A stretch of DNA of 62,138 bases from an uncultured archaeon (GCA_964558645.1 CAZLEV010000015.1:1-62138), one strand, 5' to 3'. Shown: positions 29,430-40,669, counted from the stretch's first letter. Translations and numbers: made by a program. Notes: a model not told the origin generated them from the letters alone.

Positions 29430-30926
29430 ATGTCTTTCCTTATTGACTTCCGTTGTGCGTCTTGCGGCCATCGGCAAACCCCAGACTCTTACTACGTAAT
29501 CTGTTCGCGCTGTGGCGGAATCCTGCACGCAGAGTACAATCTCGATAGCGCAAGAGAGAAGATCAGCAGAGAGATATTCCGAGGTCGGAAGAAGAAGCTT
29601 TGGAAATACCACGAGATCTTACCCATACTGGACTCTGATGGACAGGTCAGTCTTGGTGAAGGAAACACGTTTCTTCAGAGAGGGAATCGATTGGCAGAAC
29701 AACTAGCCATAAAGAGCCTATACCTGAAGGACGAAACAAGAAATCCCACAGGGTCTTTCTTGGACCGAGGCGTTTCTGTAGAGATGACCAAAGCAAAGCA
29801 GGTCGGTCGGACGGGAGTGTCCTGCGGAAGTACGGGTAATCTTGCGGCCTCATTGGTTGCCTATGCAGCACGAGCGGGAATGGAGAGCAAGGTCTTCATT
29901 GCACAGAGAGGGAACGTGGACATCGGAAAGTTCCATCAGATCCTCGCATACGGCGCAGAGGTAGAGATTGTGGCCAACCATCAGGATGCAATGAAGAGAG
30001 CAGCAGGGGTCAGTCACGAATATCACAACATCCTGCCCTACAGTCCGTTCTTCCTTGAGGGCATAAAGACCACAGGAATTGAGGTAGTAGAGCAACTGGA
30101 TTGGGAGAACCCTGATTGGATTGTACTTCCGATGGGTAATGGTGGACACCTGTCGATGACTTGGCGAGGCCTGCAGGAGCTAGAACATCTCGGCCTTATT
30201 GATGAAGTGACAACCCGTCTAGTAGGAGTTCAGGCTGCAGGATGTGCACCTATCGTTGAGGCCTTTGCGTCCAAGAGCAAGAGAATAGAACCGGTAGAGG
30301 CCCAGTCTACAGTGGCCCTAGATATCGGTGTTGAGAATCCATCTTGCGGGCGCCTTGCCTTGGAGGCTCTTCGAGCGTCCGGCGGCGAGGCAGTAGCTGT
30401 GAGCGATGATGAGATATTGGACGGCGTGAGACAACTCGCCAGCCGCGAGGGAATCTTTGCGGAACCTGCAGCGGCCACGACGATTGCAGCGCTGCACCAC
30501 CTCGTGGGAGAGGGCATCATCCACCGAAATGACCGGGTGGTCTGCCTGATCACAGGGACGGGGTTGAAGTATCCAGATGTAACACGTGCCCTCGTGAAGG
30601 GGCGAGGAAAACTGGAGTATCTCCTCAGCAGAATAGAGGGACGAGGATATACAACTGAGATTGGACAGACTAAGCAGTACATCCTGAAGATTCTGTCCGA
30701 AGGCGAATCGTATGGATATGACATCTGGAAGACCCTTGCAGAGCGATTCGGTGTCAAGATCAAGGTGCCAAGCGTCTACCAACATCTCTCCGAGCTCAGG
30801 AGTAGTGGACTAATCGTGGAAACACACTCTAAACTCAGTGCCGAAAGACGACGACGCAACTACTACGACCTATCGGATCGTGGAAGATGGACGCTTGACC
30901 AGTTGGAGAAGATGTCGCACGAGTAG
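29430..30926 (+). CDS. Threonine synthase-like protein (PLP Lys replaced by Leu) fused to a C-terminal PadR wHTH
   Basis: Zn ribbon, SLGEGNT, NPTGSFLDRG, STGNLAAS, ITGTGLK; tail ILKILSEGESYGYDI...VYQHLSEL...RRNYYDLSDRG. Confidence 0.88.
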   Translation: MSFLIDFRCASCGHRQTPDSYYVICSRCGGILHAEYNLDSAREKISREIFRGRKKKLWKYHEILPILDSDGQVSLGEGNTFLQRGNRLAEQLAIKSLYLKDETRNPTGSFLDRGVSVEMTKAKQVGRTGVSCGSTGNLAASLVAYAARAGMESKVFIAQRGNVDIGKFHQILAYGAEVEIVANHQDAMKRAAGVSHEYHNILPYSPFFLEGIKTTGIEVVEQLDWENPDWIVLPMGNGGHLSMTWRGLQELEHLGLIDEVTTRLVGVQAAGCAPIVEAFASKSKRIEPVEAQSTVALDIGVENPSCGRLALEALRASGGEAVAVSDDEILDGVRQLASREGIFAEPAAATTIAALHHLVGEGIIHRNDRVVCLITGTGLKYPDVTRALVKGRGKLEYLLSRIEGRGYTTEIGQTKQYILKILSEGESYGYDIWKTLAERFGVKIKVPSVYQHLSELRSSGLIVETHSKLSAERRRRNYYDLSDRGRWTLDQLEKMSHE

Positions 30927-31044
30927 ATGGACGCTGATTTTCCGAGTGCAGAGATGTTGTAAGCGAAGTATTTTAACTTCCTGCACGAACTGCCTAGTGA
31001 GCAGCTTCAAGCAGCTCCACAAGAGAACAATGAGGAAGAGTAGA

Positions 31045-31437
31045 ATGGCAGATAAGAGTTGGTTGCAGACAGACGATTGGAAAAACGAGAAGCATGTACC
31101 CGTGATCGAGTGTTCCGACGAAGTGAAGAAGGGCGAACTGGTGGAGGTTACGGTATCCGTTGGGAAGGAGATACCCCATCCCAATACCACCGCTCATCAC
31201 ATCAAGTGGTGCGATTTGTTCTTCTGGCCTGAAGGAGAGAAGTTCCCATACGAGATCGGATACACCAGCTTCGATGCACACGGTGCCTCCGTGAAAGGCG
31301 CAGACACAAGCACGATTTATGCAGAGCCTCAGACGAAATATGTGTTCAAGACCGACAAACCTGGCACATTGATGGCCACGTCATATTGTAACATCCACGG
31401 ATTGTGGAAAGACGAGAAGAAGCTCAAGGTCAAGTAG
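31045..31437 (+). CDS. sor: Superoxide reductase (neelaredoxin, class II)
   Basis: EKHVPVI, HPNTTAHHI, YCNIHGLW. Confidence 0.93.
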   Translation: MADKSWLQTDDWKNEKHVPVIECSDEVKKGELVEVTVSVGKEIPHPNTTAHHIKWCDLFFWPEGEKFPYEIGYTSFDAHGASVKGADTSTIYAEPQTKYVFKTDKPGTLMATSYCNIHGLWKDEKKLKVK

Positions 31438-31457
31438 AAAGACTTGCGACAGATTAG

Positions 31458-31499
31458 CTGCCCTGCAGAGAAGACAGCAGGGCGGTTTTCATTCTTTTT
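31458..31499 (+). terminator. Hairpin plus T-tract after sor
   Basis: CTGCCCTGC...GCAGGGCGG followed by TTTTCATTCTTTTT. Confidence 0.6.
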
Positions 31500-31675
31500 G
31501 CTATAGACATGCAATTCAGCCGTGGAAGACTACACCAGTTCATACTCTGAAGCCCCAGATTATTGCGAGTGTTCCATCTGAAACGATGTAAGGCATCCGG
31601 TACTTGTATCTCTTGTACATTCTAGACAAGCCGTTTGGAATGCCTTTGGAGATGCTTCCCCCCACTCAATGTGAC

Positions 31676-32356
31676 TCATAACTCAGAACGTGCACGAGCT
31701 TGTACGAATCCTTCCTCAACCAAACGACAGACAAGCTCTCTCATGCCAGGGCACTGGCTCCAGCGCATCGAATGTTTGCAGTCCTCGCACTCTCTGGCAA
31801 TCTCAGCCATACGCTTTGCATTGAGGAATGTCAGCACAACGAGATACATTATGATAATGAGCAGAATCTTCAGTCCAAATCCTAAGGAGAACAGTCCATC
31901 AGCTAAAAGAATCGACCAAGCTATTGCAGCAAACGAGGAACCAAGAAGAAACTTGGATGCGATCTTGACTGACGTGCGAATGTCGGTGACGCCAGAGGCA
32001 CTCAGCATTGCGTAGATAGCAACACCACCTACACCGCCCCAGAAGAGATAGAATCGAACAAGAAGCAGGGGCGCAGAGAGCCAGATTAAGAGAAAGAATA
32101 TCATTGCGGATACGAACGACACGGTGTTGAAGGTGCAGCCGATACACCACTGCCGTCTTCTGATGGTGATTCTGTGATCATCGAACTGAGGACAAGAGGG
32201 ATGATGCGAGGTAAGAAAGGGGCCGGAGGCCTTGAGAAAGCCTATTGGATGGAAGAGTACCATCCTCAGGGATAACTCTAGGCGACCCCGGTCCGGGTCA
32301 TCCAGCAGCTTCGTACAGTCGACGGAGCTATCTGGTACATCTCCCCGTTCGCCCAC
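31676..32356 (-). CDS. Membrane protein with His/Cys clusters
   Basis: SHHPSC, WCIGC, four TM segments, CEDC...CPG. Confidence 0.7.
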   Translation of the reverse strand: MGERGDVPDSSVDCTKLLDDPDRGRLELSLRMVLFHPIGFLKASGPFLTSHHPSCPQFDDHRITIRRRQWCIGCTFNTVSFVSAMIFFLLIWLSAPLLLVRFYLFWGGVGGVAIYAMLSASGVTDIRTSVKIASKFLLGSSFAAIAWSILLADGLFSLGFGLKILLIIIMYLVVLTFLNAKRMAEIARECEDCKHSMRWSQCPGMRELVCRLVEEGFVQARARSEL

Positions 32357-32384
32357 TGTCTACGCCAGCCACTCCTCTTATCGA

Positions 32385-32756
32385 CTACGGAGAGAGGGGA
32401 ATGAGTGACCAGAGAAGTGCATACATGCCTGGGAAGAACAACAGCAGTACTGCGAATATCACTATGAAGGCTATAATGCCTGTCAGGATATAGGCGATGA
32501 TGGCACCACCCCATCCGGTGCTATGTCTGCTCTTGATGAAGTACAGTGATAAGATACAGCCAAGGCAGGGTATCCAGCTCACACATGCAATCAGAATAGC
32601 TGTGACAAAAGTATCGCCAAGGGCCCGATTGCGCCCATTGACAAAACCAAGAGCGATTCCAAGAAATACACCATTAATCACGAACAGAATGACAACAACC
32701 AATATGATGACGATTATCGCACTGCTTGATGTCAGTAAATCCATCCACCATTGCAT
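32385..32756 (-). CDS. Small membrane protein
   Basis: Hydrophobic 123-aa ORF. Confidence 0.75.
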   Translation of the reverse strand: MQWWMDLLTSSSAIIVIILVVVILFVINGVFLGIALGFVNGRNRALGDTFVTAILIACVSWIPCLGCILSLYFIKSRHSTGWGGAIIAYILTGIIAFIVIFAVLLLFFPGMYALLWSLIPLSP

Positions 32757-32917
32757 TCTCTCTATCTCCTAACTCAGAGTATTCTATACAGTACAGGCTT
32801 GCATCGCAGGATAAAAGCTTGACGAGTGCCAGAGAGAGAGGCTTCGTCAATTCCCGATTCGATGTAATGAAAAGAGGAAAGTCAGGCTTATATCGCAAAA
32901 GGGGGCTTTTCGATTAC

Positions 32918-33490
32918 ATGTACTATGGCGACAAGATACTTCTCAGAGCCCTAGAGATGCAAGATCTTGATGATATCATGAAGCACTGGAACACCTATGA
33001 AACAAGACGATTCCTCAACTCCGCCATTCCGCATTCTCGAACAAGCGAGAAGGAGTGGCTGGAGAAGGCAACCAAATCGAACCCGTGGACTGATGGCGAG
33101 TTGATCTTGGCCATTGAAGACAAGACCACGGGCGCGTTTCTTGGAACGGTTAGCCTCTTTGATATCTCCAGACAGCATCGAAGAGCAGAGTTTGGAATCG
33201 CCATCCACGACCCTGAGAACTTGGGCAGGGGCTACGGTACCGATGCGACAACAGTGATGCTGTGGGTAGCATTTCACGTGCTTGGCCTCAATAGCGTCTA
33301 TCTTTACACGCTCCTTAATAACAAGCGAGCACAGAGAGCGTATGAGAAGGCGGGCTTCCAGAGAGGGGGCATCTTCAGAAGAGCAATGTTCTCAGAGGGG
33401 GCATACACCGATGTGGTCATGATGGACATCATCAGAGACGACTTCTTAGAGCAGTATCCACCTGGAAGCAGAACCGGTTCAGAAGAATGA
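32918..33490 (+). CDS. GNAT acetyltransferase, RimJ/RimL/SpeG-like
   Basis: ILLRALE, AEFGIAI, GRGYGT, NKRAQRAYEKAGF. Confidence 0.9.
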   Translation: MYYGDKILLRALEMQDLDDIMKHWNTYETRRFLNSAIPHSRTSEKEWLEKATKSNPWTDGELILAIEDKTTGAFLGTVSLFDISRQHRRAEFGIAIHDPENLGRGYGTDATTVMLWVAFHVLGLNSVYLYTLLNNKRAQRAYEKAGFQRGGIFRRAMFSEGAYTDVVMMDIIRDDFLEQYPPGSRTGSEE

Positions 33491-33658
33491 TGCAAAGCAT
33501 CCTGAAACGGAATTTTGCACCTGTTTTTAAGCCTTAAAAGTGTTCATAAACTTAATTTATATCCTTAAGGTGTTATGAGTCTCTTTCATATGATTTAGGG
33601 CCAGCTTCGTCTAATAGTCCCTATAAACAACATCCGTGATGGTATCTATGGTGTAATA

Positions 33659-34609
33659 ATGAACGTAATAGCAAAAGGTTTCTTGATGGCGTTTGCGCTG
33701 GTGCTAATCGGTAGCACTGTTCCACTGGCTGTGGCACAGGGAAATCAGATTCAATATCAGCACTCTCAAGGCATCGTGACCTTGAGCACTGACGCAATCG
33801 AGATCAAAATAACAGGTGCCGGTGAGGTACCACACTTCCATTGGTGGGACCCGAACACGCCCACGGTAGACTATCATGTAATGTTTGTCAAGCTGTTTGA
33901 GGCTAACGACACCGATTCCAATGGTGTCTTCGACCTAGATAGCGACACTATGGTTGGACCTCCGTTTGCCCTGCCAACAACTGACTGGGAAGTCAGCGAT
34001 TTTCTGACAGAAGAGCAGGATGGCAATGTCACCGCGGTCCATTTCAATATGACCAGTACAGGAACCCATGACCCGCGTCCAGATGGACCAGGCAATGACT
34101 ATGGGAATCTACCAGACATGGGGCAGTTCGACGTGGCAGTCCAGATCCAAGTTCACATGAACCTCGAGAGTCCTGGCGAGTTCAAGTTTGACCTCGTGAT
34201 TGACGGCTGGGAGTGGACGTATGAAGACTCCATTCTTGTCCTCCAGTTCACTGTGACAGAGAGTAACCATGGCCAGAATCAAGGTTCCCGCGAACCGGCA
34301 GGATTCGAACGAACCGGTACGAGATTCGAGTTCAATAATGGCTACATGGAGTACGAAGAGACCGCTCTGGCCGCACAGAACACTATCCAAGTGAGAGCGA
34401 GCTATGGCGAGGGGACCGGGCAGGAGGCGGGTGAGTCTGTCTATTTGGCCTTCGAGAACTTCGGAAACGAAACCCTCGAATACGATCCAACACTGGGCAT
34501 CGAAGCCGATGGCGTCTTGCCCCTCTTTGACACCAACACACTACTCTTGATTGGTGGCGGGGTTGTGGTCTTAGTGGTCATCGTTGCCCTTTTGAAACTC
34601 AGAAAGTAG
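33659..34609 (+). CDS. Secreted acidic beta-rich protein with C-terminal membrane anchor
   Basis: Signal peptide, DTDSNGVFD Ca-binding-like loop, YDPTLG, TM followed by KLRK. Confidence 0.8.
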   Translation: MNVIAKGFLMAFALVLIGSTVPLAVAQGNQIQYQHSQGIVTLSTDAIEIKITGAGEVPHFHWWDPNTPTVDYHVMFVKLFEANDTDSNGVFDLDSDTMVGPPFALPTTDWEVSDFLTEEQDGNVTAVHFNMTSTGTHDPRPDGPGNDYGNLPDMGQFDVAVQIQVHMNLESPGEFKFDLVIDGWEWTYEDSILVLQFTVTESNHGQNQGSREPAGFERTGTRFEFNNGYMEYEETALAAQNTIQVRASYGEGTGQEAGESVYLAFENFGNETLEYDPTLGIEADGVLPLFDTNTLLLIGGGVVVLVVIVALLKLRK

Positions 34610-34618
34610 AAACCAGAA

Positions 34619-34653
34619 GGAAGCAGAACACTCTGCTTCCCCCTCACTTTTTC
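34619..34653 (+). terminator. Hairpin plus T-rich tract
   Basis: GGAAGCAGA-ACAC-TCTGCTTCC followed by CACTTTTT. Confidence 0.55.
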
Positions 34654-34802
34654 TTAGCCAACCATCATGATGATGTGCCCGGCAACCCTAGATCTATACC
34701 GGGCGTAAGAGCCAAATGGCGGATTATTGACAGCTGAGCTTAAAGGCAAGAGCTTGTGCCTTGCAATCACCCTCAATATACCACGAACAGGAGACCCCGC
34801 AG

Positions 34803-36809
34803 ATGCCACCCGAAACCGAACTTCAAGAGAGAGCAATAGACACGATTAGGTTCCTCTCGGCAGACGCCGTTCAACGAGCCGACTCAGGACACCCCGGAAT
34901 GCCCATGGGAGCTGCGGCCATGGCCTATACCCTCTGGACGCGACATCTCAGGTTCAATCCCAAGAATCCTGAGTGGCCTGACCGTGACAGGTTTGTTCTC
35001 TCCGCCGGTCATGGATCCATGCTGCTCTATTCCCTACTGCATCTCACCGGATATGACCTGACTCTGGAGGATATAAAGGACTTCCGGCAATGGGACAGCA
35101 AGACACCCGGTCATCCGGAGTGCTGGAAGACGCCCGGTGTTGAAGTGACAACTGGACCTCTTGGCCAGGGTCTCGGAAATTCAGTCGGGATGGCTATCGC
35201 TGAGGCGCACCTAGCTGCTGAGTTCAATCGAGAGGGTTATGAGATCGTCAACCACTACACCTACGTCATTGCCTCCGACGGGGATCTGATGGAGGGGTTG
35301 TCCTCTGAGGTGGGTTCTCTCGCAGGACATCTTCAGCTGGGGAAACTCATTGTCCTGTATGACGACAACAATATCTCGATAGATGGGAGCACAGACTTGA
35401 CCTTTACAGAGGACGTTGCCAAGCGATTTGAGGCATTCCACTGGCATGTTCAGAAGGTGGAGGATGGCAATGATGTAGATGCCATCGATGAGGCTATTCG
35501 AAGGGCGAAGGATGATCCTCGCCCATCTATTGTCATGATTCGCACAATCATAGGATATAGCCTCCCAACAAAACAGGACTCGGCCGCTTCGCATGGAGCT
35601 CCGGCAGGAGAGGAGGAACTCAGAGGTGCAAAGAAGAAGCTTGGGTGGCCTGAAGACAAGAAATTCTACATACCTGACGATGTGCTTGAGCATTTCAGAA
35701 AGGCCATTGACCGCGGCAGGCTGCTTGAAGAGGAATGGGATGGCCTCAAACGGAACTATGCCAAGAACCATCAAGAACTCCATGCAGAATTTGACAGACG
35801 ATTGGAGGGCAAATTGCCAAATGGATGGGAATCAAGTCTCCCGTTCTTCGACCCTGACGAGAGGGGGGTCGCGACCCGTGCAGCATCAGGGAAGACCATC
35901 AATGCACTAGCACCACGACTACCAGAACTCATCGGTGGCTCTGCAGATCTCACCGGATCAAACAAGACATGGATAGATGATAGCAAGGCGTTCCAGAGAA
36001 ACAACTACCAAGGACAGAACATCTACTTCGGTGTACGAGAGCATGCCATGGCCGCAGCAGTAAACGGCATGGCACGTCACGGTGGAGTCATGCCCTATGC
36101 AGGGACCTTCTTCATCTTCTCTGACTACATGCGTCCCGCAGTTCGTCTATCTGCACTATCCCGACACCCGAGCATATGGGTATATACTCACGATAGTATC
36201 GGGCTTGGCGAGGATGGGCCAACACATCAACCCATTGAGCAGTTGCCCTCTTTGAGAGCCATGCCCAACCTTGTGATCATCAGACCTGCTGACGCCAATG
36301 AAGTGACTGAGGCCTGGCGTACGGCCATCAGTCGACGGAACGGACCAACAGCAATTGTGTTGACAAGGCAGAGAGTACCCATTCTGGATAGGAGCGAGTA
36401 TGCCGATTCTCAGGGTCTGAGGCGTGGTGCCTACGTTCTCAAGGACTTTGGAAACGGAGAGCCAGATCTCATCCTCATGGCATCAGGCTCTGAAGTTGAT
36501 CTTATTGTGAAAGCAGGAATGACCTTACACAGCGAGGGTGTCAAGGTTCGGGTTGTTTCGTTCCCGAGCTGGGAACTCTTTGATAAGGAGAGCGAGGAGT
36601 ATAAGCAGAGCGTGCTTCCGTCAGGAGTCAAGAAGCGTCTTGCAGTTGAGGCGGCGTCCCCATTCGGTTGGGAACGGTGGATTGGCGAGCAAGGAATCGT
36701 GATTGGTACCCATGGTTTCGGAGCATCTGCTCCTAGTGATGTCATGTTTGAAAAGCATGGATTCACGGTAGAGAATGTTGTGAAGCACGCAAAACAGTTG
36801 CTTCAGTGA
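34803..36809 (+). CDS. tkt: Transketolase (single-chain, bacterial type)
   Basis: [33 protein letters not shown]. Confidence 0.97.
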   Translation: MPPETELQERAIDTIRFLSADAVQRADSGHPGMPMGAAAMAYTLWTRHLRFNPKNPEWPDRDRFVLSAGHGSMLLYSLLHLTGYDLTLEDIKDFRQWDSKTPGHPECWKTPGVEVTTGPLGQGLGNSVGMAIAEAHLAAEFNREGYEIVNHYTYVIASDGDLMEGLSSEVGSLAGHLQLGKLIVLYDDNNISIDGSTDLTFTEDVAKRFEAFHWHVQKVEDGNDVDAIDEAIRRAKDDPRPSIVMIRTIIGYSLPTKQDSAASHGAPAGEEELRGAKKKLGWPEDKKFYIPDDVLEHFRKAIDRGRLLEEEWDGLKRNYAKNHQELHAEFDRRLEGKLPNGWESSLPFFDPDERGVATRAASGKTINALAPRLPELIGGSADLTGSNKTWIDDSKAFQRNNYQGQNIYFGVREHAMAAAVNGMARHGGVMPYAGTFFIFSDYMRPAVRLSALSRHPSIWVYTHDSIGLGEDGPTHQPIEQLPSLRAMPNLVIIRPADANEVTEAWRTAISRRNGPTAIVLTRQRVPILDRSEYADSQGLRRGAYVLKDFGNGEPDLILMASGSEVDLIVKAGMTLHSEGVKVRVVSFPSWELFDKESEEYKQSVLPSGVKKRLAVEAASPFGWERWIGEQGIVIGTHGFGASAPSDVMFEKHGFTVENVVKHAKQLLQ

Positions 36810-36922
36810 AACCTACCGTGAAGATACAGCATCCTCTTTTGCCACTCATAGCAGTCGGAGCCAATACTCCTTGAGCCATGATGATGAAACTGATGGCCGT
36901 CATCTCGGGATAACATTGGTTG

Positions 36923-37708
36923 TTACAGTGCTGTCCAGCCACCATCAACGAATATGGTCTCGCCGGTGATATAGTCAGCCGCAGGAGATACGAGAAACAG
37001 CAGAGCACCCTTCAGGTCTGCTGGTCTACCCGTACGTCCTAAGGCAGTCCTCGAAGCAAGTAGCTGTCTGGTCTCCTCGTCTTTGAAGATGTCTTCGGTC
37101 ATCTCGCTGGGGAAGAAACCTGGAGCAATGCCATTGACATTGATACCATAAGGTGCCCATTCAATCGCAAATGCCCGAGTCAGGTTGATGACAGCTGCTT
37201 TGGAGGCATAGTATGGGGCCGCTTGGAACTTGTCACCTACAGCTCCATAGATGGAGGCGATGTTCACAATCTTTCCCGACTTCTGTTCGATCATCCGTCG
37301 AGCGGCCGTTCTTGCCGTAAGGAAGACTCCGGTCAGATTCACATCAATGACCTTTTTCCATTCCGCTAATGGCATATCAATAGAGGGATCCAATGCACTG
37401 ATGCCAGCGTTGTTCACGATGATGTCAAGTGAACCAAACTTCTCGACTGTCTTCTCAGCCATCTCGACAACCTGTGCTTCCTCTGTGACATCTGTCTTGA
37501 TGGGAAACACACTCGAACCAGTCTCCTTGGATAAGCGGTCAGCAACTTCCTTCAGCTTCTCATAGCGTCTCGCTATTATGACTACGTTAGCTCCTGCCTC
37601 AGCAAGAGTCTCAGCAAATGTGATACCTATCCCAGACGATGCACCAGTCACTATTGCAGTCTTACCCTGTATTCCGAAACATAAGTCCATTATGTCTTGA
37701 TTACTCAT
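36923..37708 (-). CDS. SDR oxidoreductase (KduD/gluconate 5-dehydrogenase-like)
   Basis: TGASSGIG, NNAG, YYASK. Confidence 0.9.
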   Translation of the reverse strand: MSNQDIMDLCFGIQGKTAIVTGASSGIGITFAETLAEAGANVVIIARRYEKLKEVADRLSKETGSSVFPIKTDVTEEAQVVEMAEKTVEKFGSLDIIVNNAGISALDPSIDMPLAEWKKVIDVNLTGVFLTARTAARRMIEQKSGKIVNIASIYGAVGDKFQAAPYYASKAAVINLTRAFAIEWAPYGINVNGIAPGFFPSEMTEDIFKDEETRQLLASRTALGRTGRPADLKGALLFLVSPAADYITGETIFVDGGWTAL

Positions 37709-37906
37709 CATTATCAAGTTAACTATGTTGAATGGGCGTTTAAGAGTGCTTGGTTGTAGCAATTTGCGCAAGAGAGGCCGATTGTTTATAAGAGGAGGTA
37801 CCAAATCCAGATGAGACAGCAGAGAACCCTCCTCGCCGGACTATGAATACTCGTCAGGAACCTGCTCCTCATTGGAGTCGGCAGGAGACCAGACAGGGAA
37901 GATACC

Positions 37907-38848
37907 ATGGCAAGAACAGCACGAGGCTCAATACAGGAAAGAGAGAAGAAACGGATATGTTCTGTCTGCGGCAGCGACTCATTCTACGAAGACCCGCGTC
38001 GAGGTGAGAGCATCTGCACCTCATGTGGGTGTGTTGCTGAAGACCATATCATGGACCATGGACCTGAGTGGAGAGCATTTACTGCTGAAGAACGTAATGC
38101 TAGAGCTCGAACTGGGGCCCCTATGACCCTGACCATTGCAGACAAGGGTCTCGCAACGGCCATCAGCTGGAGCAACAGGGATGCAGCAGGCCGATCCATC
38201 AAGGGAAGCCGCAGAGCTGAAATCTACCGGATGCGGAAATGGCAGATTCGAAGCTGGGCGCACGGCTCAAAGCAGACCAATCTACGTCAGGCAATGAGTG
38301 AGATGGACAGGCTTACCTCTCAACTTGGTGTCCCACGAAAGACAAAGGAAACAGCAGCACATATCTACAGAAAGGCCCTGGACAAACGACTTGTGAGGGG
38401 ACGGACAATTGAGGGGATAGTTGCCGCCTCCATCTATCTCTCGTGCCGCATCCACAGAATTCCGCGACAGCTGGATGAGGTTGTGGGCCAGTCAAAGATC
38501 AAGCGCAGAGAACTAGGCAACTGCGTGAGACTCATTCTGAGGTACGTTGATGTGCACGTGCCACTGCCGTCTGCTAGAGATCTCATCCCCCGAATCTCCT
38601 CGGATTTGGGCGTTCACGGCAAGACCATCAAGACTGCAACAGATATCATCAGTCAGGCCAGACGTGAGGGCATCACCACAGGCAAGGACCCTGGAGGGAT
38701 CGCGGCAGCAGCGCTCTACATTGCCGGTATCTTGGAGGATGACCGGAGAACTCAGCGAGAGATTGCTGAGGCCTCCAACGTCACAGAAGTGACTGTGAGG
38801 AATCGGTACAAGGACCTTGTACGCTCACTCGGCATAACAATGAGATAG
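37907..38848 (+). CDS. tfb: Transcription initiation factor IIB
   Basis: CxxC zinc ribbon, GPEWRAF, cyclin repeats, TEVTVRNRYK. Confidence 0.96.
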   Translation: MARTARGSIQEREKKRICSVCGSDSFYEDPRRGESICTSCGCVAEDHIMDHGPEWRAFTAEERNARARTGAPMTLTIADKGLATAISWSNRDAAGRSIKGSRRAEIYRMRKWQIRSWAHGSKQTNLRQAMSEMDRLTSQLGVPRKTKETAAHIYRKALDKRLVRGRTIEGIVAASIYLSCRIHRIPRQLDEVVGQSKIKRRELGNCVRLILRYVDVHVPLPSARDLIPRISSDLGVHGKTIKTATDIISQARREGITTGKDPGGIAAAALYIAGILEDDRRTQREIAEASNVTEVTVRNRYKDLVRSLGITMR

Positions 38849-38941
38849 GAGAAGGGGGGACTCGGTTTCAACCGAGTTGTAGAGAAAGAAAGATGCATGG
38901 GACAAGAATCGCAATCCCGTCCCAAGTATCAGAAACAGCTG

Positions 38942-39250
38942 CTATTTGATGCCCAGTTCTTCCATCTCTTCTTCGACTTCCTTCATCCCCTCGTCGTAGA
39001 GGTCCTTCTCATCAGGGTCAAGATGATAGAGCAGCCTCAGGAACTCTCCGGCATGCACTCGTTCTTCATCTGCAATATCGATGAGTACTTCTTGTGCAAG
39101 CTTGTTATCAATTGATTCGGCCAATTGCATATACAGTTGAATGGCCTCATACTCTGCTGCAATCATGTATCTGATTGCGCGGACGAGTTCTTGGTCTGTC
39201 AATTTCCTGTCATTAGCAAGTCCTGAAAAAGCGTCTGCATACTCGGGCAT
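38942..39250 (-). CDS. Short ferritin-like protein (Flp/EncFtn-like)
   Basis: AEYEAIQLY, DEERVHAGEF. Confidence 0.85.
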   Translation of the reverse strand: MPEYADAFSGLANDRKLTDQELVRAIRYMIAAEYEAIQLYMQLAESIDNKLAQEVLIDIADEERVHAGEFLRLLYHLDPDEKDLYDEGMKEVEEEMEELGIK

Positions 39251-39311
39251 TTTCCATCAGGACGATATCAGTATGAAGGCCTTAAATGGCTTATCAAGCA
39301 GAAAGCAGTAC

Positions 39312-39334
39312 GCATAATCATTGTAAGATTACAA
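39312..39334. promoter_or_regulatory. Fur/PerR-like operator between divergent ferritin genes
   Basis: GCATAATCATTGTAA overlapping the inverted repeat TTGTAA-GA-TTACAA. Confidence 0.45.
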
Positions 39335-39481
39335 ATCGGAACTAAGATGGGGTGGTCTTCCCATTTCGCACCCCTTAAAAATGACCTCTGTGAAAAACCC
39401 CATGCATCATGAAGGTTTGATAGAAGACGTCAGACGACCACTCTATCCAACACGATGCGAACAAATGGACGAATGAACAAC

Positions 39482-39979
39482 ATGGGAAAACGAGGAAGAG
39501 AGATAGTAAAGTTAGATGTAGATGAACTCATAGGCCTTTTGAACAAGGCTCTCGCCGATGAATGGCTTGCGTACTATCAATATTGGATAGGAGCGAAAGT
39601 CGCAGTCGGACCCATGAGAGGAGCAGTTGTTGCAGAGCTCATGGAACACGCAAACGATGAACTACGTCACGCAGATATGATAGTCGAGAGGATTATCCAG
39701 CTCGGTGGCGACCCACTGATAACACCAGAGAAGTGGTACGACGAAACCAATTGTGGCTACGAAACCCCGAGCGATCCCTCGGTGAAAGCACTGCTTGACC
39801 AGAACATCAAGGGCGAACAGTGCGCCATCGATGTCTATGACAAACTCCTGAAGGTGACAGAAGGCAAGGACCCCGTTACATACAATATGGTTCTCGAAAT
39901 ACTCGAGGACGAGGTCGAGCACGAAGAGGATCTTCAGGCCTTGGTCGAAGACATGATGATTGCCAAAGACCTCTACTAA
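39482..39979 (+). CDS. Ferritin-like (DpsL/bacterioferritin-like) protein
   Basis: DEWLAYYQY, DELRHA, EQCAI, DEVEHE. Confidence 0.9.
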   Translation: MGKRGREIVKLDVDELIGLLNKALADEWLAYYQYWIGAKVAVGPMRGAVVAELMEHANDELRHADMIVERIIQLGGDPLITPEKWYDETNCGYETPSDPSVKALLDQNIKGEQCAIDVYDKLLKVTEGKDPVTYNMVLEILEDEVEHEEDLQALVEDMMIAKDLY

Positions 39980-40091
39980 GAACTCAAATACGTGAAACAG
40001 GGCTCTCACGAGAAGCTCGTGCTAGAGCCCCGTACTTTTTCTTATCAGCTGGCAATGGCAGTAGGTAGACACTCTGGCTGTACCATGAGAA

Positions 40092-40292
40092 GGGTAGACC
40101 AACAGCTAAAGCCAAATCGGACATATAGTAGAAGACAGTCTGACAATGTAAGAGCCTCCGTACAGTGTCCAAATACTCTATCTCTGAGGTCTCATCCAAG
40201 ATCATCTCCTGACCTCAAAGAGTTCAACCCAAGTGCCATCTCTAGAAGAATGACACTCCTGCGTCCAAGACTGTCTCACCTACAATGAACTG
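40092..40292 (+). mobile_element. Dispersed non-coding element, copy F
   Basis: Starts GGGTAGACCAACAGCT, ends GCGTCCAAGA...TACAATGAAC; TGAGGTC/GACCTCA hairpin. Confidence 0.72.
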
Positions 40293-40294
40293 CA

Positions 40295-40669
40295 CTAGAA
40301 GCTGGTCACGAAATGTGTCTTCACATTAGGCAGATTCAGGTATAACAGCGTTACGCCACAGATGACGAGTCCCTCAAGCCAGAATATGGAGAAGAGGTAC
40401 AGGACGGCACCTATTATGTTTAGCATGACGGCCCAGTTCCAAGACCAGTCTTCAAGGTTCCAGAGACCGCGGGCGACCCAGAGTGCCGCAGCAGCAACGA
40501 GGAAACCAATTGCGGAAAGCGCATCACCAGACCATTCCAGCCCCAGAGCGCCCGCCACCAGCCCAAGAATTGCATTCACTACAAGGAGTATCGTCGCAAT
40601 GGTGACCTCGAATGGTCTGCCATCTTGACCGCCAGTATCAGCTACAGGTATTTCTGTCATTTTGTACAC
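40295..40669 (-). CDS. Four-TM membrane protein
   Basis: RPxxVTI...GLWNLEDW...YLNLPNVKTHF pattern. Confidence 0.75.
   Translation of the reverse strand: MYKMTEIPVADTGGQDGRPFEVTIATILLVVNAILGLVAGALGLEWSGDALSAIGFLVAAAALWVARGLWNLEDWSWNWAVMLNIIGAVLYLFSIFWLEGLVICGVTLLYLNLPNVKTHFVTSF

Noticed and set aside
33500-33600. AT-rich tract with CCTTAA..GTGTT repeats as a replication origin
   Set aside because: No ORB-like G-string or cdc6/orc1 nearby; more likely the promoter of the surface-protein gene.
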